Notes: generated by a model from the letters alone, not told the origin. 64,000 nucleotides of DNA from a virus (IMGVR_UViG_3300044750_000003:1-64000), one strand, 5' to 3'; shown: positions 46,919 to 56,251, counted from the stretch's first letter. Made by a program: numbers and translations.

Positions 46919-47452
46919 TCACAATTCCTTTCTTTTTCTTAGAACATCATTTATCCGACATTCTCCCGGTTTACAACATCCCCTATTTGTTTTAGCTTGC
47001 TGTAGATATGTTGCCCACCTGCAATTCGACGGCTCATAATTACCGTTGTTATCAATTCTGTCAATTGAATACCTCTTATCGGTAGGCATCCTTCCCATAT
47101 CTGCTATAAAATTCTCAAAACTATCCCGCCATCTATCACAAACTACAATACCCCTTCCTCCGTAGTCCTTATACCTATTACTTGAAGGATTATAGCATCT
47201 TTTTTTCATGTTTTGCCAAGAACTATATTCCTTACTACTTCTTAATCCATGTGTTTTTTGAAGCCTTGAAGTATTTAATTTTCTAAAGCATCCACAACTC
47301 AAAGTATTTTTCATAGACCCTGTTATTCTTTCGAATTCATTACCGCAATCACATAAACAATTCCAATACGTGACGTCTGGCGATTTGGACTTTCTTGAAA
47401 ATGAAACTACTGTAAACATACCAAATCTAATCCCAGTTAAATCTTTAACCAT
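46919..47452 (-). CDS. homing-endonuclease-like protein with a degenerate HNH_3-type C-terminus
   Basis: WQNMKKRCYNPSSNRYKDYGGRGIVVCDRW and SIDRIDNNGNYEPSNCRWAT (R where HNH_3 has its first His). N-terminal Cys cluster CLCDCG...CGC. Confidence 0.5.
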   Translation of the reverse strand: MVKDLTGIRFGMFTVVSFSRKSKSPDVTYWNCLCDCGNEFERITGSMKNTLSCGCFRKLNTSRLQKTHGLRSSKEYSSWQNMKKRCYNPSSNRYKDYGGRGIVVCDRWRDSFENFIADMGRMPTDKRYSIDRIDNNGNYEPSNCRWATYLQQAKTNRGCCKPGECRINDVLRKRKEL

Positions 47453-47504
47453 AACAAAAAATCCTTAACAGGGTTCAGACGTGCAGGTCATCCCCCTATT
47501 AAGG
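47453..47504 (-). promoter_or_regulatory. structured hairpin/terminator element directly upstream of the HNH-like gene (copy B)
   Basis: On the minus strand: ccttaa-t-aggg / ccct-g-ttaagg stem, 20 nt loop, then ATTTTTTGTT and the ATG. Same architecture and flanks as copy A. Confidence 0.55.
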
Positions 47505-47597
47505 CGTTTAAATGTTTTGCTTCACCCTGCACGGTGATTAATTTACTTATAAATATAATAAAAATTGTTTATTATTGTATATAAAAACAATTTTTAT

Positions 47598-47873
47598 ATG
47601 GAAAAAAGTAATTGGTTTTCGCAGTTCATACAACGCCTGACTACAGATACACCAGCCTTTTTTAAACGCATCATAGCCTTTGGAATATCTGTAGGTGTAG
47701 TGGGTGCAGGTTTAATTGCTCTGCCGGATTCGGTAATTAAAGCTATCCCGTTAGACATACATGCAATAGGCGGTTATATGCTTGCTATAGGTGCCGTTGC
47801 GGGGGTTATTGCTAAGAGTGCGACTACTGATAAGTCACTTCAAAAAGAAGGTGGCTCGAATCCTCCTAAATAA
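47598..47873 (+). CDS. small membrane protein
   Basis: The ATG at 47598 is preferred over the TTG at 47565. Two hydrophobic segments. An 11 bp AT-rich inverted repeat (47560-47570 / 47585-47595) lies just upstream. Confidence 0.5.
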   Translation: MEKSNWFSQFIQRLTTDTPAFFKRIIAFGISVGVVGAGLIALPDSVIKAIPLDIHAIGGYMLAIGAVAGVIAKSATTDKSLQKEGGSNPPK

Positions 47874-47893
47874 AAAAGCCCAATTAAGGGCTT
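47871..47893. terminator. bidirectional terminator hairpin between convergent genes
   Basis: aagccc-aattaa-gggctt. There is a strong T run on the minus strand (TTTTTTA) and a weaker one on the plus strand. Confidence 0.55.
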
Positions 47894-47950
47894 CGTTTCA
47901 TTTATATATACCTCTTACCCAAAACCAATTCCAAAATTGATTAAAGAGGG

Positions 47951-48529
47951 CTAAGCGTTTGGGCTTTTAATGTCATTTAAAGCATCTTGTGCACTTTCTA
48001 CTACAATGTTACCATCGGGTATTTTAGTGCCAACAGGGAGGTCTATAATACCTGGATTTGCCTTTAAATCGTTCTGATAATCCTGCCACGCCTCTTCAAC
48101 GGCACTAACACCCTCCGCAAAGGTTAATTTACCATCAGCAAGTTTACTTTTAATAATGGTGTAAATCTGTGCGGATAAGGTGGTGTACAACTTGGAGGCA
48201 TTATCATTCACACTAAAAGCTTTTAATACCTGAGTTTCAAAGGCCAACACCTGGCCTTCGGTAGGGTTATCAGGGATACTCTCAATAGACAGTTCTATCG
48301 CAAGTATTTTAGGTATCTCATTACTTACTGCTAAAGATATTTGGCTTGGCAACTGTGTATGGGTGATACCATCGGCAAGGTTTAATAGGAAACCTGTTAC
48401 CGGATTAGATAAGAGCGCCTTAACGGTTTCTGTTATTACTACAGCTATTTTTGCCGCGTCTTTGGTATGGTCAATGACTGTTTTTTTGAACCATGTCCAT
48501 GCTGAAATGATGGGGGATAAAATTGACAT
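47951..48529 (-). CDS. hypothetical protein
   Basis: 192 aa. Last gene of the minus-strand block. Confidence 0.6.
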   Translation of the reverse strand: MSILSPIISAWTWFKKTVIDHTKDAAKIAVVITETVKALLSNPVTGFLLNLADGITHTQLPSQISLAVSNEIPKILAIELSIESIPDNPTEGQVLAFETQVLKAFSVNDNASKLYTTLSAQIYTIIKSKLADGKLTFAEGVSAVEEAWQDYQNDLKANPGIIDLPVGTKIPDGNIVVESAQDALNDIKSPNA

Positions 48530-48556
48530 TTTGATTTGATTAAGTGATTTGTAAAG

Positions 48557-48805
48557 TTATGTTAATTGATTGATAAATGTTAACTCTTCGCGTTTTTGTT
48601 GCTGAACGATTTTAAGTGTTTCATCAAAAGATGAGATAAATACCAATACTTTATCCATACTGATCTTAGACCCGATAGGGATATTCATGCTTATGCCTAA
48701 GTCGTTAAATTTGGCAGATATTGTCCAATTTTGGTGGTCTTTATCACACTGGTTAGAGGTGCATTTATAGGTTGTTGCACCTAATTTTAATTCAAATTCT
48801 TTCAT
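48557..48805 (-). CDS. hypothetical protein
   Basis: 82 aa ORF in the minus-strand block. Confidence 0.5.
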   Translation of the reverse strand: MKEFELKLGATTYKCTSNQCDKDHQNWTISAKFNDLGISMNIPIGSKISMDKVLVFISSFDETLKIVQQQKREELTFINQLT

Positions 48806-48808
48806 GTT

Positions 48809-49084
48809 TTATTTTTTAATTTGTTTCTGTTTATCCTGCATCTTCTTTTCCGCTTCAAATTGCTGAAACAGGAATTGTATAAACTTAATTGACTCATTAA
48901 CATCAAAGTGAGGTGCATCTGACTTATCAAGGCACTCATACACCTTTTGTAATGATTCTTTCACCTGCACATATTGTGCGCTGTCCACCTTGATGGATAA
49001 GGTGTATTTGGTGGTGTCGGGTTTACTTTGCGCCATCCCCATCGATACTATAAAGATGAGGGTTATTGTTAAAATTAATCTCAT
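48809..49084 (-). CDS. small secreted protein
   Basis: Signal-like MRLILTITLIFIVSMGMAQ. ATGA coupling upstream. Confidence 0.5.
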   Translation of the reverse strand: MRLILTITLIFIVSMGMAQSKPDTTKYTLSIKVDSAQYVQVKESLQKVYECLDKSDAPHFDVNESIKFIQFLFQQFEAEKKMQDKQKQIKK

Positions 49085-49449
49085 TTATTTAAATCGGTTA
49101 AGTCAGTAACATTATCCATATCAATATCATACCTGCAAATCCAATCAGCTACCCTATCAAACACATCGTCCCTGTTGCCCTCTTTAGTGGCTACTGTTAC
49201 CCACATGTAGAAGAACCATAGGATTACTACTTCCTGCATTAATACAGCCTCTATAGTGCCGTTGGTGGAGGTTATGCGGATTTGGTGGGTCATATTGAAA
49301 TAATTAAATTCAACCCCATTACCTGAACTGATACACCTTGAACCTCTTTTAGGGTTTATAAAGTCTTCAGGTAAATCGGAACGTAAAAACAAACCATTTA
49401 CTTTTTGGGAAAACTTTTTGATATTGAATTTTTTACTTTGCTTTTTCAT
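49081..49449 (-). CDS. hypothetical protein
   Basis: 122 aa, with ATGA overlaps at both ends. Confidence 0.55.
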   Translation of the reverse strand: MKKQSKKFNIKKFSQKVNGLFLRSDLPEDFINPKRGSRCISSGNGVEFNYFNMTHQIRITSTNGTIEAVLMQEVVILWFFYMWVTVATKEGNRDDVFDRVADWICRYDIDMDNVTDLTDLNK

Positions 49450-49595
49450 ATCAGTTTATAACGTTTAAAATCTCTATCTCCATCAGTCCAGATACCACAG
49501 AAAGCTAATACTGCTCTTTCTCCGCATCTTTCTATTCTCTCTCCTGCTTTCTTATAGTGTTCCTCCTGAAATGATTTTAGGTGTTTACGGTTCAT
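49446..49595 (-). CDS. hypothetical 49 aa protein (below the ORF-track cutoff)
   Basis: Translates to MNRKHLKSFQEEHYKKAGERIERCGERAVLAFCGIWTDGDRDFKRYKLI. ATGA overlaps with both neighbours exactly fill an otherwise empty gap. Confidence 0.45.
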   Translation of the reverse strand: MNRKHLKSFQEEHYKKAGERIERCGERAVLAFCGIWTDGDRDFKRYKLI

Positions 49596-49957
49596 GGTTT
49601 TAACGTTGGTTTTGAACTACTTTCTTCAACCATAGTAAAACATCCGGGTGATCCTATAATATTTTTTGGAATAGTAATCTCAAATTTGTCAACCTGATAA
49701 TCAGACCTTACAGGAATTATCTCTTGAGTATCGGTCATGACATTATCTGTTACCACTATATATGTGCCCCATTCTTGGAATAGCTGTACAGTTTGACGAA
49801 GCCTTAATTCAGGTATCCGTTTGATAATAAAATGTATTATAAGTGCCGTAGATGGCATCGGAGCCACCCGATATCCCGACCTAAATCGCTTATCTTGAAT
49901 ACCATCCTTCATATAGGGATGTATTTTTATTTGTGCTGTAATAATTTCAATTATCAT
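49592..49957 (-). CDS. hypothetical protein
   Basis: The track start at 50011 is TTG. The first in-frame ATG at 49957 gives an 11 nt overlap with the upstream gene. Confidence 0.5.
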   Translation of the reverse strand: MIIEIITAQIKIHPYMKDGIQDKRFRSGYRVAPMPSTALIIHFIIKRIPELRLRQTVQLFQEWGTYIVVTDNVMTDTQEIIPVRSDYQVDKFEITIPKNIIGSPGCFTMVEESSSKPTLKP

Positions 49958-50489
49958 ATAAAAGGCGGTTAAGTAGTGTATCACACTCTTTTTTATCTTT
50001 TGGCATTTCAATGGTTGGATAATGGTTTAATTTGTAAAAATACCATTTAAGCATTTTATACTTTATGGTTCCATCTCTGAACTGGAATCCTTTAGTATCT
50101 ATTAAAATATTTTTTGATGGAATTTGAAAATCAACTATAATTTTAATAGGCCTAACAGTATCGCTATTGTATTTAAATCCTATTTGAAGTACATACTCCT
50201 TTTGCATCTCAAATTTTAATCCTGAGCCTCGTAAAAGCGTGTACATATACCCTTCAAGCCTACTGGCGAAAGTGATGCCATCTATTTCGGTTTTAATAGC
50301 CGCTTTCATTTTCCCTTTTGGCTCAGATATGGCTATACTTTTGAAATCTTTAACCATAGTCGGATTTAAATCAATAATTATCTTATCCACTTTTTTTACC
50401 ACCAAAGATTTAACAGGCACATAGACACCATTTTTTTCGACTAAGCCTAACTTTTTCAATTGCTCTATTGTATAGGGTACTCTGCTCAT
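49947..50489 (-). CDS. DUF1064-like PD-(D/E)XK nuclease (tentative)
   Basis: IDGITFASRLEGYMY ... IIVDFQI ... ILIDTKG ... KYKMLK matches my recollection of the DUF1064 pattern. Confidence 0.4.
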   Translation of the reverse strand: MSRVPYTIEQLKKLGLVEKNGVYVPVKSLVVKKVDKIIIDLNPTMVKDFKSIAISEPKGKMKAAIKTEIDGITFASRLEGYMYTLLRGSGLKFEMQKEYVLQIGFKYNSDTVRPIKIIVDFQIPSKNILIDTKGFQFRDGTIKYKMLKWYFYKLNHYPTIEMPKDKKECDTLLNRLLYDN

Positions 50490-50626
50490 TATGCTCTTAT
50501 TTTTTGAGATACAGTGGTTTTGTTGACCTTATCTAACTGCTGCTGTAAATACTTCTGCCAACTGTTAAAGTTACGGCCTGTGTACCCTATTGGTACTATT
50601 GGTTGATTTGTAGAGGTTTGTTTCAT
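50489..50626 (-). CDS. hypothetical 45 aa protein (below the ORF-track cutoff)
   Basis: Translates to MKQTSTNQPIVPIGYTGRNFNSWQKYLQQQLDKVNKTTVSQKIRA. Its TAA overlaps the next ATG. Confidence 0.35.
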   Translation of the reverse strand: MKQTSTNQPIVPIGYTGRNFNSWQKYLQQQLDKVNKTTVSQKIRA

Positions 50627-50655
50627 ATTGGTTTATTTTTTGGTTATATGGTTTG

Positions 50656-50973
50656 TTAAGTCTTTGGGACACCTAAAAAGTCCAATGTTTCTTCACGTAA
50701 CTTATCTATTGCTTCATGCGTTGAATAGCTATGGTCATAAGCAGGATGCCCAAGATTACGAGCACATTCTAATAGTCGCTTTTTAAGGTCAGATTCATTT
50801 ATCTCTACCTGCCATAACAATTGCCTTATATCAGAAGCGTGATTCATTTCTTTATTTGGAGATGGCCCCGTTTCGCTATCAATAACGTCTTGCCTATCTT
50901 CCATGTACTCCAAAATTTGTATCAGAGTATCTTCAAGGTTTACTGTGTAAGGATAAATTCTTTCGTATTTCAT
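50656..50973 (-). CDS. hypothetical protein
   Basis: 105 aa ORF in the minus-strand block. Confidence 0.55.
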   Translation of the reverse strand: MKYERIYPYTVNLEDTLIQILEYMEDRQDVIDSETGPSPNKEMNHASDIRQLLWQVEINESDLKKRLLECARNLGHPAYDHSYSTHEAIDKLREETLDFLGVPKT

Positions 50974-50984
50974 ATTTTAATTTA

Positions 50985-51323
50985 TTAAAATGTATCTAAT
51001 GCTTTGTCTATAACGCGCTTAGCTATACTAACATCCCATGTAAGTATTTGACCATGTTTTTCGTAATGGCTCCACATATCTTGTAAAGCCTCTAATAAGT
51101 CAGGTGCAGCGGCTATGAGTTTAGCATCATTTTGAGCCTCTAAAAAGTTGCGCTCGTTTAACCTATCTATATATGAATCATTTTTGACTTCTTCAACTAT
51201 AAACGGCACACTGGCTATTTTATATTTTCCGCCAAGTGTGGTTCCAATTATGTTAATGTTGCGTTTCCCGCTTTGTGATTCCACTGTTTTCCACGGCCCT
51301 TTAGTTCCTTTAAACTCTTTCAT
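50985..51323 (-). CDS. hypothetical protein (GPW...LIAAAPDLLEAL type)
   Basis: 112 aa. The motif pair GPW / NDAKLIAAAPDLLEAL recurs in phage proteins of unknown function, from memory. Confidence 0.55.
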   Translation of the reverse strand: MKEFKGTKGPWKTVESQSGKRNINIIGTTLGGKYKIASVPFIVEEVKNDSYIDRLNERNFLEAQNDAKLIAAAPDLLEALQDMWSHYEKHGQILTWDVSIAKRVIDKALDTF

Positions 51324-51333
51324 ATTTCCTAAT

Positions 51334-51873
51334 TTATTTAATATGGGGAGAAAGCCCCAAATACTTCTCTGCTTTAACTTGTTTCGGTAATGGTAACAGG
51401 TGTAAAAACTTATTTACTCTTTCAACTGCCAATGGATAACATTTCATTGTCTTTCTATGGGCGGCATCCGAATTATCCCACTCAGAATGACAGCCACACT
51501 CACTAAACATATTCACGCCTAAAAACATTCTGTTATCAGGGTTGGTAGCTATGGTTGTAAAGTCTGCCTTACCTAAAATATGTGCTGTTACACATCTTCT
51601 CGCCCACGGACTAAAGGCATTTAATAGTTTATTGCAGTTCTCACATCTTAATGGTACTTCCTGACTCTCATAGAACTCATTTAAGGCTCTTTTTTCGTTT
51701 ATTTCCTCTACTATTATACTTTGTGTTGCCTTAATAGCTTTAGTGCTGTACAAGGGCTTATCAGAGTGTTTACGGGTAATAGGCTTATTAAATTCTGAAC
51801 TGCGCCAATGATTAACACAAAGCATCTTTGAGAACACAGGGGTATTACAGTTAGTATGTTGACAGGTTTTCAT
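51334..51873 (-). CDS. NinG/Rap-like HNH-type zinc protein (tentative)
   Basis: CENCNKLL...AHILGK...NPDN...CGCHSEWD resembles the NinG C-x2-C / H-N-H arrangement. Confidence 0.35.
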   Translation of the reverse strand: MKTCQHTNCNTPVFSKMLCVNHWRSSEFNKPITRKHSDKPLYSTKAIKATQSIIVEEINEKRALNEFYESQEVPLRCENCNKLLNAFSPWARRCVTAHILGKADFTTIATNPDNRMFLGVNMFSECGCHSEWDNSDAAHRKTMKCYPLAVERVNKFLHLLPLPKQVKAEKYLGLSPHIK

Positions 51874-51876
51874 CTG

Positions 51877-52104
51877 TTAATCATTCATTACTTCGCGTTG
51901 TCTATCCTGCAAATCATAAATCTGACCTTGAAGATATTCTATTTGATCTTGCAACCTGTCATATTCCTGTTGGGCTTGTTGCCTACGCTCTTGCTCAATT
52001 TGCATTTGATAATCTTCTTGGGCACATTGTTCTTCATACTCGCGCCTTTGTTCTTCCTCGTAAGCTTCCTGCTCTTGACGGTAATCATCTTCTCTATGGT
52101 TCAT
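51877..52104 (-). CDS. hyper-acidic E/D/Q-rich coiled-coil protein
   Basis: 75 aa, about 29 D/E residues against about 9 R and no K. Confidence 0.5.
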   Translation of the reverse strand: MNHREDDYRQEQEAYEEEQRREYEEQCAQEDYQMQIEQERRQQAQQEYDRLQDQIEYLQGQIYDLQDRQREVMND

Positions 52105-52108
52105 AACT

Positions 52109-52351
52109 TCATACTTTAAATTCTCTAATAGTTTTACTTAACCAATCGTTTACCTCGTGTTTTGAATAGAGATTTTCCTGAAAATTACAGTGTAACATTC
52201 CTTTTGCATACCACACTTTAAGGTTCATTATTCCCGGAAATTGGTGCTCAAGTATTTCTTTCCAAAGTCCGGCAGCTTCTTCGTCCCTTAAGTCCTGATG
52301 ATAGTTGATTAAATCAATCTCTGATATTTCTTTACTTATTCTTAAAGTCAT
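52109..52351 (-). CDS. hypothetical protein
   Basis: 80 aa, ATGA coupling upstream. Confidence 0.5.
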   Translation of the reverse strand: MTLRISKEISEIDLINYHQDLRDEEAAGLWKEILEHQFPGIMNLKVWYAKGMLHCNFQENLYSKHEVNDWLSKTIREFKV

Positions 52352-52887
52352 TTCTTTATAAATATATATTCAAACCATTTGCGAGGCCTCTGTACGTTTT
52401 TAAAATCACCACCATTTATATTAAATGTTTGATAGCAATACCTTGATTCATCGCCAAATACACCATACCGATATTCATTTCTTTTTCTAAGGATATGTGT
52501 ATGGTTTAATAAAAACTCCAATTTTTTATCGATTACTTTCCATATTAACCATAAACGGTATTTTAAGCGTTTATTAGGAACTTTTATTAATTCAGTTCCA
52601 CATCCTAAGCAGAATAGTTTCCGCTGAAATGCCATTGCTGAATTAGACCCACGACCACAATTTTTACACACCTCAGATGTCTGCCATTCTGAACTCAGAA
52701 TAGAGTATTTGCCTTTACGATAAAACAACCACCTAAGTTGATATCTTTTCCAAAAAGGAAGGATGGTTTTAATTATTTCCTCCCCTGCTTGTTGGTGTAA
52801 TAATGATACAGCCATAGCATCCCAAAGGTCGTTCCCTTCAAGATGAGATAACATAGGATTGTCTTTTTTAAATTCTTCTACTGTCAT
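52348..52887 (-). CDS. hypothetical zinc-ribbon protein
   Basis: CKNCG...CLGCG pair; 179 aa. Confidence 0.55.
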   Translation of the reverse strand: MTVEEFKKDNPMLSHLEGNDLWDAMAVSLLHQQAGEEIIKTILPFWKRYQLRWLFYRKGKYSILSSEWQTSEVCKNCGRGSNSAMAFQRKLFCLGCGTELIKVPNKRLKYRLWLIWKVIDKKLEFLLNHTHILRKRNEYRYGVFGDESRYCYQTFNINGGDFKNVQRPRKWFEYIFIKK

Positions 52888-53366
52888 GATATTAAACTAT
52901 TAAAGGATAATCTCCCGGCTGGAGAGAATGAAATTGAAAAGCGAAGGAAAAGAAGTTTCCCCCTTACCCCCATTGTAAAAATAGAGATAAGAGAGTTATT
53001 CCATTTCAAACCTATCGGCTGTCGGTCATTCATAGTGTCGCTTGGTTTCAGGAAAGAAGTTGCCCCATCCTGTTTAGTAGCATCCAAGTCCGCATCCACA
53101 ACTAAGCTGCCGGTTTTATAGACTATTTTAAGTGTTGCCGCCCGTATTACACTTATTATGCATACGGGATTAATTAGGGAATAAAAACATTTTAAAACAA
53201 ACGAACCCTGACGGATGACTTCCACACATTTAGATTTCTCGGGTCTGTTTTGTGTAGATAGCCCCCTGTCAGGGTTCACTAATTTCTTTACATTAACAAT
53301 GGTTGTATGCAGACCCGAGAGAGACTGGCAACCGTTAATTGCTGTTGTAAAGATAAATGTTTTCAT
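52884..53366 (-). CDS. hypothetical protein (coding status uncertain)
   Basis: 160 codon ORF with an ATG start and ATGA coupling downstream. The composition is odd and the DNA carries long-range inverted repeats. Confidence 0.4.
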   Translation of the reverse strand: MKTFIFTTAINGCQSLSGLHTTIVNVKKLVNPDRGLSTQNRPEKSKCVEVIRQGSFVLKCFYSLINPVCIISVIRAATLKIVYKTGSLVVDADLDATKQDGATSFLKPSDTMNDRQPIGLKWNNSLISIFTMGVRGKLLFLRFSISFSPAGRLSFNSLIS

Positions 53367-53388
53367 TTTAATTTTTATAATTAATTAT

Positions 53389-53811
53389 TTACTTTTTCCT
53401 ATTCAAATAAACAACAACTCCTAAACTAATAACCTTACTACCATGTAAAACAGATAGCGGCATTTTCCCCACACTTTCATCGTAGTAGTTCTTGCCACCC
53501 ATATAATTGAGGTTACGATGCGCCCCAACGTTGTACATAGCATCAAACATAGCGTACCTGACTAATAAATAAGTAACCGGATAGCGCCAGGTAACTTTAG
53601 TGGTAAATGGCAACGCAATCAATGTAGCGTATGACACAGCACTAAGGATATGCCCCGCTGTATACTTTGTTCGGCTGTTCATACCGTCCCCAATACCTCC
53701 GGCAACTACTGAGGCGATACAGATGCCCGTAGTTAACCATTTATGCTCCCTTCGGGTACTATCCTGCGCCAGAGAGGACAAAGGGATGAGTAATATTAAT
53801 AGCCACTTCAT
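53389..53811 (-). CDS. membrane protein with a signal peptide
   Basis: MKWLLILLIPLSSLAQ plus further hydrophobic segments. Confidence 0.55.
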   Translation of the reverse strand: MKWLLILLIPLSSLAQDSTRREHKWLTTGICIASVVAGGIGDGMNSRTKYTAGHILSAVSYATLIALPFTTKVTWRYPVTYLLVRYAMFDAMYNVGAHRNLNYMGGKNYYDESVGKMPLSVLHGSKVISLGVVVYLNRKK

Positions 53812-54053
53812 TTAAGGTCTGCGCTTGGTATATACCATTTAACATTATCCATATCAGTAATAACAGCATAGGGATAACCACTTATAGGATCAGTGTACAG
53901 GCTGTCAACTCTTACAGGTTGTTTGGGTTGGTACACCCCTTTGTTAAAGATATCTCCTTTGATGTGGTAGGATTGCCCTACAACTATTATTTGTTCTTTC
54001 TTACAGCTATAACAACATAGTGCTATGGCTATGATGAGTAAAAGTTTTTTCAT
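53808..54053 (-). CDS. small lipoprotein
   Basis: MKKLLLIIAIALCCYSC, a lipobox-like Cys after the hydrophobic core. ATGA coupling. Confidence 0.55.
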   Translation of the reverse strand: MKKLLLIIAIALCCYSCKKEQIIVVGQSYHIKGDIFNKGVYQPKQPVRVDSLYTDPISGYPYAVITDMDNVKWYIPSADLK

Positions 54054-54241
54054 GATAATGGTTTTAAATCAAATGCTTGCCTTATGCCAAATTCTTTTTT
54101 ACAATCAAGGCAACCGGATATGGTAGTGGTTTTAAAGCCGCCTCGTTTATGCTGGTCATGAACCTGAACTATTCCAGCTTTGCAGTTGTCGCATTCAAAC
54201 TCCCATAGTTGCCATTTTATTTTTGCGTTTGGTCTTTTCAT
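54050..54241 (-). CDS. small zinc-ribbon protein
   Basis: CDNC ... CLDC; 63 aa. Confidence 0.5.
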   Translation of the reverse strand: MKRPNAKIKWQLWEFECDNCKAGIVQVHDQHKRGGFKTTTISGCLDCKKEFGIRQAFDLKPLS

Positions 54242-54283
54242 CTCTTTCTTCTATTTTAAATTATGGGTGGTTAAATTAATTAG

Positions 54284-54541
54284 TTAAGCCTTATTTATTC
54301 TGTCCAAATACTCAACGCAGTTAGCAATTGCAGTTGAGGGGTCTAATCCTCCAAAATCAGTTAAATCTATACCATCTTTTGCAATAAAAACGTTGGTGTT
54401 ACCTTCTCCCCAAAACTGGATGCTAATTTCATATTTACCTGCATAGGCAAGCATCTTGTCGAATAATTCACGTTCTGTTAACAACATATCTATGTTTTCA
54501 TATGCTGTATTTAGTTCTCTTTCTGCGCGTCCCTTTATCAT
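54284..54541 (-). CDS. hypothetical protein
   Basis: 85 aa ORF. Confidence 0.5.
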   Translation of the reverse strand: MIKGRAERELNTAYENIDMLLTERELFDKMLAYAGKYEISIQFWGEGNTNVFIAKDGIDLTDFGGLDPSTAIANCVEYLDRINKA

Positions 54542-54606
54542 TGGGTCAAGTTTAAAATTGTTTTGTGTAACAGTCCTATATTTTTCATCCTTTTATTTTT
54601 TGGTGG

Positions 54607-54999
54607 TTAATACAACTTATATTCTTTGTACTTATCGCGAAAGGCTATGGAACCTATTTGCCTGTATTCGTCCATGTAACCCATAATATCATCAATTACG
54701 TCCTCCTTATCCGGATTCCCGTCAAGGTGATATAAGTCATCCCCATATCTTAAATCTGAACTGCTATAGCCTTTCTCAACATACTTACTGGCTATCCATA
54801 ATTTGTCTTCTGTTTCCATGTTATTCAAGTTTTTAAACACTTTGTTATAAGCTTTATACCTTTCGGTCATTTTGTTTTTACGGCTGTTAACATTAGATAG
54901 CCTTTCTAAATATTCTATGTTACCCCATTCATTACTTGCTATCAGAGCATCATAATAATAAGTTATAGCACTCCATGTAGCGGATGTTCTTTTTCCCAT
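54607..54999 (-). CDS. hypothetical protein
   Basis: 130 aa ORF, 1 nt from the upstream gene. Confidence 0.55.
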   Translation of the reverse strand: MGKRTSATWSAITYYYDALIASNEWGNIEYLERLSNVNSRKNKMTERYKAYNKVFKNLNNMETEDKLWIASKYVEKGYSSSDLRYGDDLYHLDGNPDKEDVIDDIMGYMDEYRQIGSIAFRDKYKEYKLY

Positions 55000-55000
55000 C

Positions 55001-56158
55001 CTACATAAATTCCATTAAATGACTTTCATCCATGCGCTTAATGATACCCGCGGCTATTTCTTTATCTGATAAGTTAGTATCGTCCCTTACATAAGCCTGT
55101 CCGTTGTGTACAAAACAATGGCTTTCACATTTACCGCTTTTAACAGGTAAATCAACATTCATGGCTTTAAGGTGATAAATGATGCCCTTAATATTCTTTT
55201 CGTCCGTTCTGATAAAACTCTCATTAGAATTTAAAAACTCAAAAGGTGATTTAACCAATCCTAAATCCTGTAATTTTTTATACCAGTTTGCCGGAATCAC
55301 CAAAGCGTTGGCGCTTGAAAAAAGTAAGCCACCTAATTTTTGCAATGTTTCAGTAGTAAAGGTATGCCCTGAATTAATCAGTTCATTTATATTTGCCATG
55401 ATAACATCATTCATACTACTTGGCAACCATGATATCTGCTCTTCCTCTAATATCTTTTTAAAGATGTTTACAGGTATACCTTGATTTAAAATATCATGTA
55501 TCTTATAGGCTATCTGATAGCTTTGTGTCAACCTGTCCTCGTTGATATTAATATCTACAAAATCAAAGTCTATACCAGATGTGACTTGCGTATCAAAGCA
55601 CCTTATGCCCTTTCTGTAAATATTTAGTTGTGATGGTTCAGTTTTAAAGAACATCCGGCACAAACTGTTTGAATAACTTTCCCTGCGGTTAAAAGCAAAG
55701 TAACTATCATATTTAAGCATTACATCGGATAGTTCACCGTTCATAGGTATATAGACAACAGTTTCATCCCGTACACCTGAAAAACCGCTTGGTGCCCAAA
55801 TAGTATTGATAGTATGGCCACCTTCATCAATGGCATTTGACAATACTTCCCTAATAGCCATCCATCCTGTCCATTTTGGCCCCATTTCGGTAGTTAAAGA
55901 AGTTTCAATGCCGTCAACAGTAATTACGTTTACAGCGTTTGTACGGTGCATCTTAACGTTAAAGTCTATATCAATCTGCTTTTCTCCGGCAAATATAATA
56001 GGCTTACAGTCGTTCCTTAAAAGCCATGCTAAGGCATATTTCCAGCCACTACCGAACATCCCTATTTTGCCTGATTGTTCTCTTTTGGTGCTGGAACCTA
56101 TCAGCATTAAATCTTCTTGGCAAATAAGCCCCTCGTTTGAAATTCTTAAATAGTTCAT
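55001..56158 (-). CDS. possible GHKL/Bergerat-fold ATPase-like protein
   Basis: AIREVLSNAIDEGG looks like the ExxxNAxD N-box, and GKIGMFGSGWKYA is a glycine-rich loop. The motif order is atypical, so this call is weak. Confidence 0.3.
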   Translation of the reverse strand: MNYLRISNEGLICQEDLMLIGSSTKREQSGKIGMFGSGWKYALAWLLRNDCKPIIFAGEKQIDIDFNVKMHRTNAVNVITVDGIETSLTTEMGPKWTGWMAIREVLSNAIDEGGHTINTIWAPSGFSGVRDETVVYIPMNGELSDVMLKYDSYFAFNRRESYSNSLCRMFFKTEPSQLNIYRKGIRCFDTQVTSGIDFDFVDININEDRLTQSYQIAYKIHDILNQGIPVNIFKKILEEEQISWLPSSMNDVIMANINELINSGHTFTTETLQKLGGLLFSSANALVIPANWYKKLQDLGLVKSPFEFLNSNESFIRTDEKNIKGIIYHLKAMNVDLPVKSGKCESHCFVHNGQAYVRDDTNLSDKEIAAGIIKRMDESHLMEFM

Positions 56159-56251
56159 TTTATTAATTGGTTATTTATTTTCTTTTGTGTATTTGGTATC
56201 AAATCGTTCGGATAATGGTATTTTATATTTTGGCATATTTTTTTATTATTT

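Noticed and set aside
47838-47860. ggtggctcgaatcctcc resembles a tRNA T-arm/T-loop.
   Set aside because: The flanking sequence gives no acceptor, D or anticodon stems. The putative T-stem has a mismatch. The segment lies inside a coding ORF (…EGGSNPPK).
53204-53320. Pseudoknot-like long-range complementarity (9 bp 53204-53212 with 53267-53275; 11 bp 53238-48 with 53310-20) inside ORF 52884-53366, raising the idea of a ribozyme or intron.
   Set aside because: By my estimate one or two exact 11 bp inverted repeats within 100 nt are expected by chance in 64 kb. The region also carries a 160 codon ORF with an ATG and ATGA coupling. I recognised no group I or group II core motifs.
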